From: Methanobacterium sp. | GTDB lineage: Archaea; Methanobacteriota; Methanobacteria; Methanobacteriales; Methanobacteriaceae | Direction of reading: 5' to 3' | Length of the DNA: 24,452 bases | NCBI GenBank assembly: GCA_003166335.1 | Contig: PMWA01000106.1 | Span: 8,219 to 32,670 of the forward strand | Shown: one piece after another, positions 17,601 through 24,452 of the stretch | How the letters are laid out: every line of letters begins with the position of its first letter | Position numbering within the stretch: position 1 is the first letter of the stretch | Position numbers and translations under genes: made by a program | Notes under the pieces: model-generated | The model's database searches: none | Told to the model about the DNA's origin: nothing | Seen by the model: only the letters and a program-made list of their open reading frames with translations

Positions 17601-19192
17601 TCTCCGGGGGCTATTTTCCAAATATTGGGATTATTAATATGTTTATCTAAATCAACATCTTTATCTTTGACTCTAGACTCCAAGTCTATTAATTGATTAT
17701 AAATGTTTAGGATATCTTTAAAGTCAGTTTCAAGATTTTGTTCTGATGGTATTAATTCAGAATTATAAGATTTCCCATATATTGATGTTTCTATCCAGGG
17801 GGAATCATTTAAGTTAGTTTTAAATTTATTGGGCACTTCATATGAACTCTCTATTATTTTCTTTATTTCTGCTTTTCGGATGTCAAAATAATTTTTTCTG
17901 TCGGACTCGGTCCAATTTGGTTTTTTTTCATCCATTACTTTTGCTGCGTGACTCCAACTTAAACTAATTGATAAAAAGACTTTTTTCATATCTTCTTTGA
18001 AAATGTAATGAATATAATAAGGATATTGTTCGTATTTGTCAATTTCTTCTATTTTTTTATCGTAAATGATTGTCCATGGATTTTTGAACCAGCTGCCCGC
18101 TCCTTGAAAGTGGCTATAAGCATGATAATTATGATTATTAGATATTAATGGGTCATTAGCTACTTTTTCTAGATGTTTTGGGAATTTTCTGCTAAAAAAA
18201 ATTGATAGTTCGTGTTCTTTAACTTTTTCTTTGTTATTGAAGGCTTTGGGATATTTTTCAAAAACAGTTTCCAAAAATTTCCGTATATTGAAGTAATTTT
18301 TATGGTTTTCTAAATCATGGAATTCTGTTTCTAACTTGGGATTTTTCTCTAATATCAGTTTTTTAAGCTCATTATATTCTTCATCAGACATTTTAAAGTG
18401 AGATCCTTGGAATTTAAAATGTGTCTTTTTAACAGGTGCCCATTGACTCAAAATAGGATTTTCTATTAATTCTTGTAAGGTTATAGGTTCAGGAATCTCG
18501 ACAATTTTTTGCACGTTCACTGCTAGTCTATTCCATTTTTTTCTTATTCCGGGATCTTCAAATGGGTCTGTTATTGCCTTTAAAATGAATCCAATGCTAC
18601 TATAAGGCGATCCAGTGTAAATAAATATTGTATCATCTTTTTTAACTTCTTTAGCACTGTTCCAAATAATTTCGTCTGAATTTTTAAGTTCATAATAAAA
18701 ATCTTTATTAATTGCAAAAGTCCATTTTTTATTCTCTTTTGAACTTTCTATATTTTTAATAATCTGGTTGTTTGGAATTATGTTATTTATTTCACTTTCT
18801 AACTCAGGATTTTTATCTAAAATAAGCTGTTTAATTTCTTCCCATTCTTTATTAGGTACTTCAAAAAATGAGCCCATAAAATTCTTTCTAACTATATTCC
18901 AATTGGCTAAAATAGGATTATTTTTTATATCCTTTATTTTTAGAGGATTTTTTAGATTGATCTTATGATTAAGATCGATGCATATGTCCCAATTATCACG
19001 ATATCCTTTATCTTCGTATGGATCGGTTTTTGCTGTGAAAATATACGCTATATCGCTATATGGACTCCCCCTATAAATGAGTACGATATCGCATTTTTTT
19101 GCCTTATCTGTACTAGCTCTTTTAAGCTCGTCATCTTCATCAAGTTTAAGATATTCAAGAACTTCTTTCGTAGTATATATCCATATTTTCAC
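14666..19192 (-). CDS. mcrB: McrB-family AAA+ GTPase with a ~1130-aa multi-domain N-terminus
   Basis: Walker A GNSGTGKT, Walker B LILDEMNL, McrB signature GTVNVDETT (NxD type), SPKVLDRAN, FGFRV, QKMLPKIHG. GTG start with GGAGGG RBS at 19204-19199. Confidence 0.93.
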   Translation of the reverse strand: MKIWIYTTKEVLEYLKLDEDDELKRASTDKAKKCDIVLIYRGSPYSDIAYIFTAKTDPYEDKGYRDNWDICIDLNHKINLKNPLKIKDIKNNPILANWNIVRKNFMGSFFEVPNKEWEEIKQLILDKNPELESEINNIIPNNQIIKNIESSKENKKWTFAINKDFYYELKNSDEIIWNSAKEVKKDDTIFIYTGSPYSSIGFILKAITDPFEDPGIRKKWNRLAVNVQKIVEIPEPITLQELIENPILSQWAPVKKTHFKFQGSHFKMSDEEYNELKKLILEKNPKLETEFHDLENHKNYFNIRKFLETVFEKYPKAFNNKEKVKEHELSIFFSRKFPKHLEKVANDPLISNNHNYHAYSHFQGAGSWFKNPWTIIYDKKIEEIDKYEQYPYYIHYIFKEDMKKVFLSISLSWSHAAKVMDEKKPNWTESDRKNYFDIRKAEIKKIIESSYEVPNKFKTNLNDSPWIETSIYGKSYNSELIPSEQNLETDFKDILNIYNQLIDLESRVKDKDVDLDKHINNPNIWKIAPGDYQKRQVMWPIFKEKGYIGVGWFGCKEFERRSFTSYKTYDALHDALKKCSKKDTVGANTSMIWNFGNVMQIGDLVVANDGYKRILGIGVIRSDYISPNESFKLNLDPDKEYFHYREVEWLITDPIKMDDDYFFAQQTITSITPKKWNAIKNTYIKKSSNFKEIFDEIEENSNTPITESFNCINELFQEFKTTFLESEEGSLHINKYDLERQKVLKYFDIIQNDEQAISQIIDPPINHLLPIKQPAIAPVAVGDIKAYGYKDEDLPNLTIAISDLINKLMETDDKEVQKSLISNFKKGDYKKGFQTAMLTPTLYYLKPEFWFINRKTVSTHNLISEILGDNDKISGTLEEYIDNNEKLHKMVQKLSNFIPELDFETFDAFCHWMCEDSLGNYSCNRQKFEEWLKVKTSQTQPINIRNLLEDLLNKYKPAKEGILFSIKQQRVKDILATQLPNLLTRKTGEDYQIYSSGWDKWHYSPYVALMHREITNSPNQGIFVNYILREDMSGLYLSLRQGVGEIYRDENYKKDLKTKSDEYRQLLNELDTVDFNNEIDLKGKKGSYIPFYEVANIYSKFYPSDNLPNEEELESDLNKMLELYNSLTEIIINKSFNEYLREKNYLFTSETIENFLLSLKVKPFVILTGNSGTGKTKIAQLYAEFLQTKNKGSYQIIPVGANWTENRHLLGFYNVITQEYQNTRSLELLLECLNDCNNPYILILDEMNLSHVERYFADFLSAMESGKTIPLHSNNNPENPLNIPKELEIPNNILVVGTVNVDETTYMFSPKVLDRANTIEFATYPAKNYILGEFESNNFNGDIKYLEDPLSDLNIRETKVKELEDLLKNVHIPENSDLWSFLADEINNFQSTLGKAGFDFGFRVIDEILRFMYVAWLYEKSPNDWINWRRYFDAQIMQKMLPKIHGSQRELDITLEKLFKLCYTDELENSIWYLQELNEEFLLYPSSAKKLQWMGKTLQEKRFVSFTN

Positions 19193-19232
19193 TATAATCC
19201 CTCCAAAATCATTTTTAAATAATGAATTTGAA

Positions 19233-21602
19233 TTAATTTGCTTTTATTTCTAAAGGGTTACTGCACTTTTTATTCTTGCATCTTAAAATCTTCAAATCCC
19301 TAAAGTAACCTAAAGGAGCCCGACATGTGGGACACATAAGTGATTCGTCGATTTCATGAATTGAACTACAAAAACGTTTTACTTCATCTATCGAAACGTT
19401 TCCAGTCATTAAATTATCATGTGATAGGAGGTTTCCCATCATTATTGTCTTATTTAACTTATCAAAGGAATTTTTAATATTTTCTTTAAATTTTTCATCT
19501 TTGATAAGTTTTATTAATCTATATTTAGCAGGCTCGAGTAGATCGCTTACCTCGTAATTTTCTGAATATTTTGCAGGTATTTTTGCCATAGTTCTGTTGC
19601 AGATATCCTTTAATAACCATTCTAAATAACGACGTCCTTCATTTCCTGCACAGTGTTTATCCCCTTTGTCGATATTATCCATTATTTTTTCCCATCTAAC
19701 TTTATATGGTTGAATATCTGGACCATTATCTTCATCCCATTTAACAATTGTATAGTTTTTAAATTGGTTGCTTATATTATGGATGCGTTGAGCTGCTCTC
19801 AGTTGTTCAAACCAAATCCCATCGTGTGTAGTTATAATAAATTGTTTATCATCGAATTCTTCAAATAAAAGTTGACAAACGTTTTCACGGTGTCTAGAAT
19901 CCATTGTTGAGACTACATCATCTAAAACTAGTAATGGGAAGTCTTCATAGACTTTTTTATATAAAGCTAGGAAAATGCATAAACCCAAAGAATCAAGATG
20001 GCCTTCACTACTAAGTGCCCTTGGATCTTCATCTTCTTTTCCAAAAATTGTCATTCTTAAATTGGTACTGCCTTTCTTATTAAGATCAATCCCTAGTTTA
20101 ATATCCTCATAGGATTCTTGAGGATGTAATATATCATAATAATGTTCCACATTCTCTTTGATTGTGTCATAAACTTCCTGAATTTTTCTTTTTTTAATGG
20201 CAGAGAATTCTGTATAAATTGTTTTAGAGATTAACAAGCGATTTTCTGCAATCTTAAGTTTTTGTCGATCTTCATCTTGATTTTTAATCTTTTCATCAAG
20301 ATCAGATAAAAGATTATAAAGTGCTCTAAGCCGTTCATCCTTTTCTGAAGGCTTAATAGACCTTGTTAATTTTTCAGACACTACTTTTATATTTTCAAAA
20401 AGTTTTCTTAATTCCTTATTAAATAGATTAAATTCATCTCTTGAAAATTCAGCTTGGAGGAATGAATTGATTGTAATGAGCTGAAAATTATTTAAAGCTT
20501 CAATTTTGAAATCAATTTCATCCTTAAATTCCCTTAATTCTTTAAAATAATCCACATTTGCTGATAAATCAACTAAATATTTATGGAGCGATCGAAGTTT
20601 GTCTTTAACCTGATCGAGTGAGAGATTCAATTTATCTTCGCTTTCTTTAAGAGATTCAAGACGTTTTAAACGTTCATTAATCTTTTCTAGAAGTTTATCA
20701 CCGTTAACTTTATTTTCACATAAAGGGCAGTTAACAGTATCTTTTTCAATGATTTCTAAGGAATTTTTGAGTATTTTCATCAGAGATAATTCAGATTGAT
20801 CATGACTTTTAATCAGTTTTTTATAATCATCTGAATCATAAAGTTCTTGATTTATTTCACCTAAAACTAATGGTGCTTCTTTAATTATCCTAAAAATATT
20901 ATTTAAAGCACCAATTAACACATTATCTGATGATTTGGTCATTTCATTGATTTCATTCATACGGTCTTCCAGTTCTTTAACCGAGATAACTTCTAAGCCT
21001 TCTTTTTCAAGAAATTCATTTAAAGACCGTATAATATTCTTAGAATCTTGAATTTTAAGTAGTTCATTTACTTCTTCGCCTAATCTTTCAATATTATCCT
21101 CTATTTTTTCAACGTCCTCTGTCAGATACTTTTCTGCCTGAAACATTGCAGTGTCAATTTTTCCTAATTCATCAGCACCTATTATATAACTAATAAATTT
21201 ATAACGTTCAGCCGGAGTGGTGTTAATCAAATTTAGAATTTGAGATCTCCTTAAAATAAACTGTCCAATTTTTGCAAGGTTAACATTATCCTGAAGACTT
21301 TCAGGGAAAGAAGGAGCTGAATTAAACGTCCTAGTGATATTATGGCTTCCGGGGTTGATTTTTAAAGTTACACTAGACTCATCAGGATTTCTAGCATTAG
21401 GGCCATGTTCTTTAAGTGCAAGCGGCCCCTTAGACGTTAAATGAGAAATCTTACCTGTAAAAAAGAATTCAATTGCATCAATAACGGAACTTTTGCCCGT
21501 TCCATTCTCCCCTAACAACAATAAACTTTTTCCTTGAAGATCGAGATCTAATATATCTGGAATTCCTCTAAAAGCAGTAATTTTAATACTTTTGATCTTC
21601 AT
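19233..21602 (-). CDS. Rad50/SbcC-like ABC ATPase with zinc hook, C-terminal HEPN-like domain and Zn ribbon (RloC-like architecture)
   Basis: FRG, Walker A GENGTGKS, coiled coil with central CPLC (aa ~292), signature variant LSSEGH, LDDVVSTMD, ITTHD. C-terminal RRYLE...NLLSH, then CPTC...CKNKKC. The ATPase call is secure; the HEPN call is by motif. Confidence 0.8.
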   Translation of the reverse strand: MKIKSIKITAFRGIPDILDLDLQGKSLLLLGENGTGKSSVIDAIEFFFTGKISHLTSKGPLALKEHGPNARNPDESSVTLKINPGSHNITRTFNSAPSFPESLQDNVNLAKIGQFILRRSQILNLINTTPAERYKFISYIIGADELGKIDTAMFQAEKYLTEDVEKIEDNIERLGEEVNELLKIQDSKNIIRSLNEFLEKEGLEVISVKELEDRMNEINEMTKSSDNVLIGALNNIFRIIKEAPLVLGEINQELYDSDDYKKLIKSHDQSELSLMKILKNSLEIIEKDTVNCPLCENKVNGDKLLEKINERLKRLESLKESEDKLNLSLDQVKDKLRSLHKYLVDLSANVDYFKELREFKDEIDFKIEALNNFQLITINSFLQAEFSRDEFNLFNKELRKLFENIKVVSEKLTRSIKPSEKDERLRALYNLLSDLDEKIKNQDEDRQKLKIAENRLLISKTIYTEFSAIKKRKIQEVYDTIKENVEHYYDILHPQESYEDIKLGIDLNKKGSTNLRMTIFGKEDEDPRALSSEGHLDSLGLCIFLALYKKVYEDFPLLVLDDVVSTMDSRHRENVCQLLFEEFDDKQFIITTHDGIWFEQLRAAQRIHNISNQFKNYTIVKWDEDNGPDIQPYKVRWEKIMDNIDKGDKHCAGNEGRRYLEWLLKDICNRTMAKIPAKYSENYEVSDLLEPAKYRLIKLIKDEKFKENIKNSFDKLNKTIMMGNLLSHDNLMTGNVSIDEVKRFCSSIHEIDESLMCPTCRAPLGYFRDLKILRCKNKKCSNPLEIKAN

Positions 21603-21762
21603 CAGAATCTACCAACATTATTGCTTTAAGAATTTTAGCTTTAGAATCAAGATTACCATTATTAAATCTAATTTTAAGGTCATCTAAAACAGCAATGGGA
21701 AATTCTTCATTCTTTTCCAATTTCTGAAAAAATTCTTCAAAAATTTCTTCTACTACCCCCAT
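21583..21762 (-). CDS. Small helical hypothetical protein, 59 aa
   Basis: ATG at 21762 preceded by AGGGTGG RBS (21774-21768). Overlaps the ATPase start by 20 nt. Amphipathic helical pattern (EEIFEEFFQKLE). Confidence 0.7.
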   Translation of the reverse strand: MGVVEEIFEEFFQKLEKNEEFPIAVLDDLKIRFNNGNLDSKAKILKAIMLVDSDEDQKY

Positions 21763-22039
21763 ATGAACCACCCTATACACAAAATCAATTTATTCCACTC
21801 TACTCTTTTCTTCCAGTTTCCAGAACATTTCCTCCTTAACTGTTCCAGAACTGATGGAGGAACTTTGGCATCCAATGAAATTTTTTAACCCCCTCTCTTA
21901 TGAATAAGTGCTTTTCTTCTATTATTCATACTTTGTGTTTTAAATTTTTGAATAACTTTAATTATATTACTTATAACTGTTATTAGCAATCAAAATTCAT
22001 GTAAAATAATAGTTTAATATATCAAAAGGAGGTGATGAT

Positions 22040-22201
22040 ATGGTAGATTTTGTAAAAAGAGAAGTTCGTATTGTGAAATATAAAACTGGAGAATATGATC
22101 TTACTAATGATTTCAGTTTTAAAGAGTTAATAGAAGAAATGGTTATGGAATTAGCTCCAAAACATGAACAATTGATAGAAATAAAAATTACAAAAAAATA
22201 A
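22040..22201 (+). CDS. Small hypothetical protein, 53 aa (not in the ORF track)
   Basis: AGGAGGTGAT RBS at 22027-22036, then MVDFVKREVRIVKYKTGEYDLTNDFSFKELIEEMVMELAPKHEQLIEIKITKK*. Confidence 0.7.
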   Translation: MVDFVKREVRIVKYKTGEYDLTNDFSFKELIEEMVMELAPKHEQLIEIKITKK

Positions 22202-22241
22202 TATTATGATCGACGTTCTCTGAAATTTATTTATATTTTTG

Positions 22242-22269
22242 ACTTCGTTATTCACATCTATAACGAAGG
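22242..22269. repeat. Palindromic 11-6-11 site (dif-like recombinase site, operator or hairpin), right boundary of the island
   Basis: ACTTCGTTATT-CACATC-TATAACGAAGG, with perfect 9-bp inverted arms CTTCGTTAT (22243-22251) and ATAACGAAG (22260-22268). Confidence 0.55.
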
Positions 22270-22524
22270 GAAATATAACATAATTTTTTTTGGATATTAA
22301 ATCATTAAAAATAATGCACTAAAATTGAGAACTAACTATTTTTTGAATACATTGGGCTATATGTAATGATAAATTTACAATATTTCCAATTTTCGTTTAT
22401 AAAATAACTGAAAACCTTATAAAAAATTAAAAAGTTAAATATATTATTATTCGAATCTAAATTAGAATACAGTTGATAATTTCAAGCTATATGAAATCGT
22501 ATAAACAGGGGAGTGTTCTAAGAA

Positions 22525-22923
22525 ATGATTGAAAAACTTTTATTTATCCCTTTAATAGTAAAAGATTTAGATGAAGCTTTAGAATTCTATACTGAAAAAT
22601 TAGGCTTTGAGAAAGTGACAGATGTAAAGGGTCCAATGCATTTTCTGACAGTTGCTCCTAAGCTGGTAAAGGAACCTGAAATTTTACTACAAGTTCCTGA
22701 CCCTGAGATGGTTGGAGAGGAAAAAGCTGCGGAGTTAATGAATCAAATTGGCAAGAGTCCCATGTGGATATTTAAAGTGGATGATTGTAGAAAAACAGTC
22801 GAAGAATTGCGGGAGAAAGGCGTGAAAATATTGAATGAACCTAGTGATAATCCATTTGCTATCAATGCTATTATCGCGGATTTGTATGGAAACGCCTTCT
22901 TACTTCAGGAACCAGTCAAATAA
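22525..22923 (+). CDS. VOC (glyoxalase/bleomycin resistance) family protein
   Basis: VKDLDEALEFYTEKLGFE, FKVDDC...L.EKGV, DLYGN.FLL.E. RBS GGGGAG at 22508-22513. Confidence 0.92.
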   Translation: MIEKLLFIPLIVKDLDEALEFYTEKLGFEKVTDVKGPMHFLTVAPKLVKEPEILLQVPDPEMVGEEKAAELMNQIGKSPMWIFKVDDCRKTVEELREKGVKILNEPSDNPFAINAIIADLYGNAFLLQEPVK

Positions 22924-22969
22924 ATTCACAAATATTTAATAGATGTAAATACTTAACGTATCATCCAAT

Positions 22970-23012
22970 TTTTTTTACGAAAATAATTTTTTTTTTTAGG
23001 TAGAAAGAAAAA
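22970..23012. terminator. Putative bidirectional oligo-T terminator region between the convergent VOC and CPBP genes
   Basis: T7 (22970-22976) and T11 (22987-22997) on the plus strand; A-rich tract 23002-23012 reads T-rich on the minus strand. Confidence 0.45.
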
Positions 23013-23054
23013 GTGTATTTTTGGGTTTTAAATTTCTCTTTTTTTTATATTGGT

Positions 23055-24053
23055 TTAGCTTTTTACGGGGGTTTCTGTTTCTTTATATGTTGCCTCTGAG
23101 TTTTCGGGTAGTTTAAGCCACATTTTATCTTTTAATATTATTGCAACGGCTATTATACTGAAAATTACACCATTGGTCACGTCAAAGATTATCAATCCAT
23201 TGAATGAGGTTAAAGTTGGTGAAAGTACTAAACCGACTGAGAAATTACCTACTGCGTGGAGTAGAATGACTAATAGGAGACTACCTCGGGTGTTATTGTA
23301 AACCCATGTATAAATGAAAGTTATTGGGATAATTAATATAAATTTTGCCAGACAAATTAGGATGAATATGATGACACCATCAGAAAATAATTGAGGTAGG
23401 TAATTGGGAAAATGCCAAATAGTCCATATTACACCTAATATTAATGAAGCAATTAGTGGTGAGTAACGATTCTGTAAACGGGGTAAAGCAAATCCCCTCC
23501 AACCAATTTCTTCTTCAAAACTGTTAAGTATTAAAGTGAATATGAAGAATGGAATAAGTCCATAACTTGTGTATTGAAATTGTATTGGTTGACCACTTAA
23601 TAGATCTGTTATAATAGAAATTAAAAAATAGATTATGGGCACTATTATTATGACAAAAATGTACCATTTTACATTTACTTTCCAAATATATTGTTTACTG
23701 AGTAATTCTCTAACACCTTTAATATTAGATAAGCCTCCGCTTATAATATACGCCACTATTAATGAGCTGATGATTATATCGATTAATGGTAGTGAATATA
23801 GGGGTGAAATAGTGTATAATGCGATTAGAGTAATTATGAACGTTATTAGGAATGCAAGCCATTTTTTAAGTGTCTGTTTTCCGATTATTTGGGGTTTGAC
23901 GATAGCAGCGATGATTATCGCAGCTAGAGCAACACCAAAAAGTGATATTGAACTGAATTCTGGAATTAAATATACAAGCCAGCTGAGTAAGAATGCTAAT
24001 ATAAAAAAGAATATTAATTGATTATTTCTAATTGAATTTGCAATACTATTCAC
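23055..24053 (-). CDS. CPBP-family (CAAX/Abi) intramembrane glutamic endopeptidase, ~332 aa
   Basis: Multiple TM helices; EEEIGWRG, WTIWH and LLHAVGN motifs. Start moved to GTG 24053, which has GGAG at 24065-24062. Confidence 0.9.
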   Translation of the reverse strand: MNSIANSIRNNQLIFFFILAFLLSWLVYLIPEFSSISLFGVALAAIIIAAIVKPQIIGKQTLKKWLAFLITFIITLIALYTISPLYSLPLIDIIISSLIVAYIISGGLSNIKGVRELLSKQYIWKVNVKWYIFVIIIVPIIYFLISIITDLLSGQPIQFQYTSYGLIPFFIFTLILNSFEEEIGWRGFALPRLQNRYSPLIASLILGVIWTIWHFPNYLPQLFSDGVIIFILICLAKFILIIPITFIYTWVYNNTRGSLLLVILLHAVGNFSVGLVLSPTLTSFNGLIIFDVTNGVIFSIIAVAIILKDKMWLKLPENSEATYKETETPVKS

Positions 24054-24397
24054 AATTATTACTCCGGTATGATTGTGTGAATAATTTGTATTTAATATTT
24101 TAAGCTTACTTTTCAAGCTAAATCTAAACTTACTTTAGTTATCTAATATAACTTACAAATGACATTTTTTTAAATTTAAGGATTTTGTCCTGAAATTGTT
24201 ATGTATTAGTAGTGAATGGGAAGTAAGAGTGTGTTTTTTTTGGATCTATTTTAAATTTTTATTTATTTTTATGGTGATAGAATTTAAAATGAAAAAATTT
24301 ATTTATTTGTTCTAAATTTATTTTATTTAGTTTTTCACTTAAATAATTCTATGATTTATGGAAATCTTTTAATATTTATTACTATAATTTAATATTC

Positions 24398-24452
24398 ATG
24401 AGTAGTGTAAATCTGGTTTTGGATAAGATTAAAGATTTGCAATTGGAGTTTC
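24398..24452 (+). CDS. Possible start of a downstream gene (truncated by the window end)
   Basis: ATG 24398 opens MSSVNLVLDKIKDLQLEF to the window edge after a long AT-rich gap. Too short to verify. Confidence 0.3.
   Translation, partial: MSSVNLVLDKIKDLQLEF

Noticed and set aside
14666..19192. CoCoNuT system call
   Set aside because: The NxD GTPase motif and DUF2357 McrC fit the broader clade, but I see no long coiled coil in McrB and no associated SF1 helicase.
21787..21930. Possible gene remnant upstream of the 59-aa ORF on the minus strand
   Set aside because: RBS-like GAGGGGG and short peptide-like frames are present, but no consistent ORF or recognisable homology.
1051..24021. Short antisense ORFs in the track (1051-1257, 8834-9034, 9566-9862, 10385-10594, 11325-11564, 12321-12548, 12427-12747, 14814-15083, 15294-15476, 16719-16919, 18768-18968, 18965-19222, 19653-19868, 23635-24021)
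   Set aside because: All lie opposite well-supported genes, have shadow-ORF composition (rich in S, F, L, I) and show no recognisable motifs.
23055..24053. CPBP/'Abi' protease as an abortive-infection gene of the island
   Set aside because: The Abi label for this family is historical and not evidence of phage defence; the gene lies outside the putative boundary.
1..24452. CRISPR array, tRNA/rRNA genes, integrase, integron attC sites
   Set aside because: No regularly spaced repeats, GC-rich structured RNA segments, recombinase ORF or attC-like structure seen by eye.

Overview
AT-rich prokaryotic window, probably from a methanogenic archaeon of the Methanobacterium type (inferred from GGTGA/GGAGG ribosome-binding sites, oligo-T terminators and the IS630 subtype; not proven). 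A ~21 kb anti-MGE defence island sits between the 3' end of a Rad50/SbcC-like gene and ordinary VOC and CPBP genes. It contains: (i) a decayed, internally deleted IS630 element with intact ends; (ii) a class II-like DISARM operon (drmA-drmB-drmC-996 aa DrmE-like); (iii) a divergent C5-cytosine methyltransferase coupled to a Mig-type T:G mismatch glycosylase; (iv) a four-gene operon encoding a 59-aa protein, a Rad50-like zinc-hook ABC ATPase with a C-terminal RloC/PrrC-type HEPN-like domain, a 1508-aa McrB with about six N-terminal putative reader domains, and a DUF2357-type McrC. An unlisted 53-aa ORF with a perfect Shine-Dalgarno site follows. Two related 11-6-11 sites resembling tyrosine-recombinase (dif-like) targets bracket the island. 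Best candidates for undescribed biology: the small protein/ATPase-HEPN/multi-reader McrBC operon, the DISARM-MTase-Mig pairing and the bracketing sites. All family assignments come from motif recognition by eye; no searches were run.
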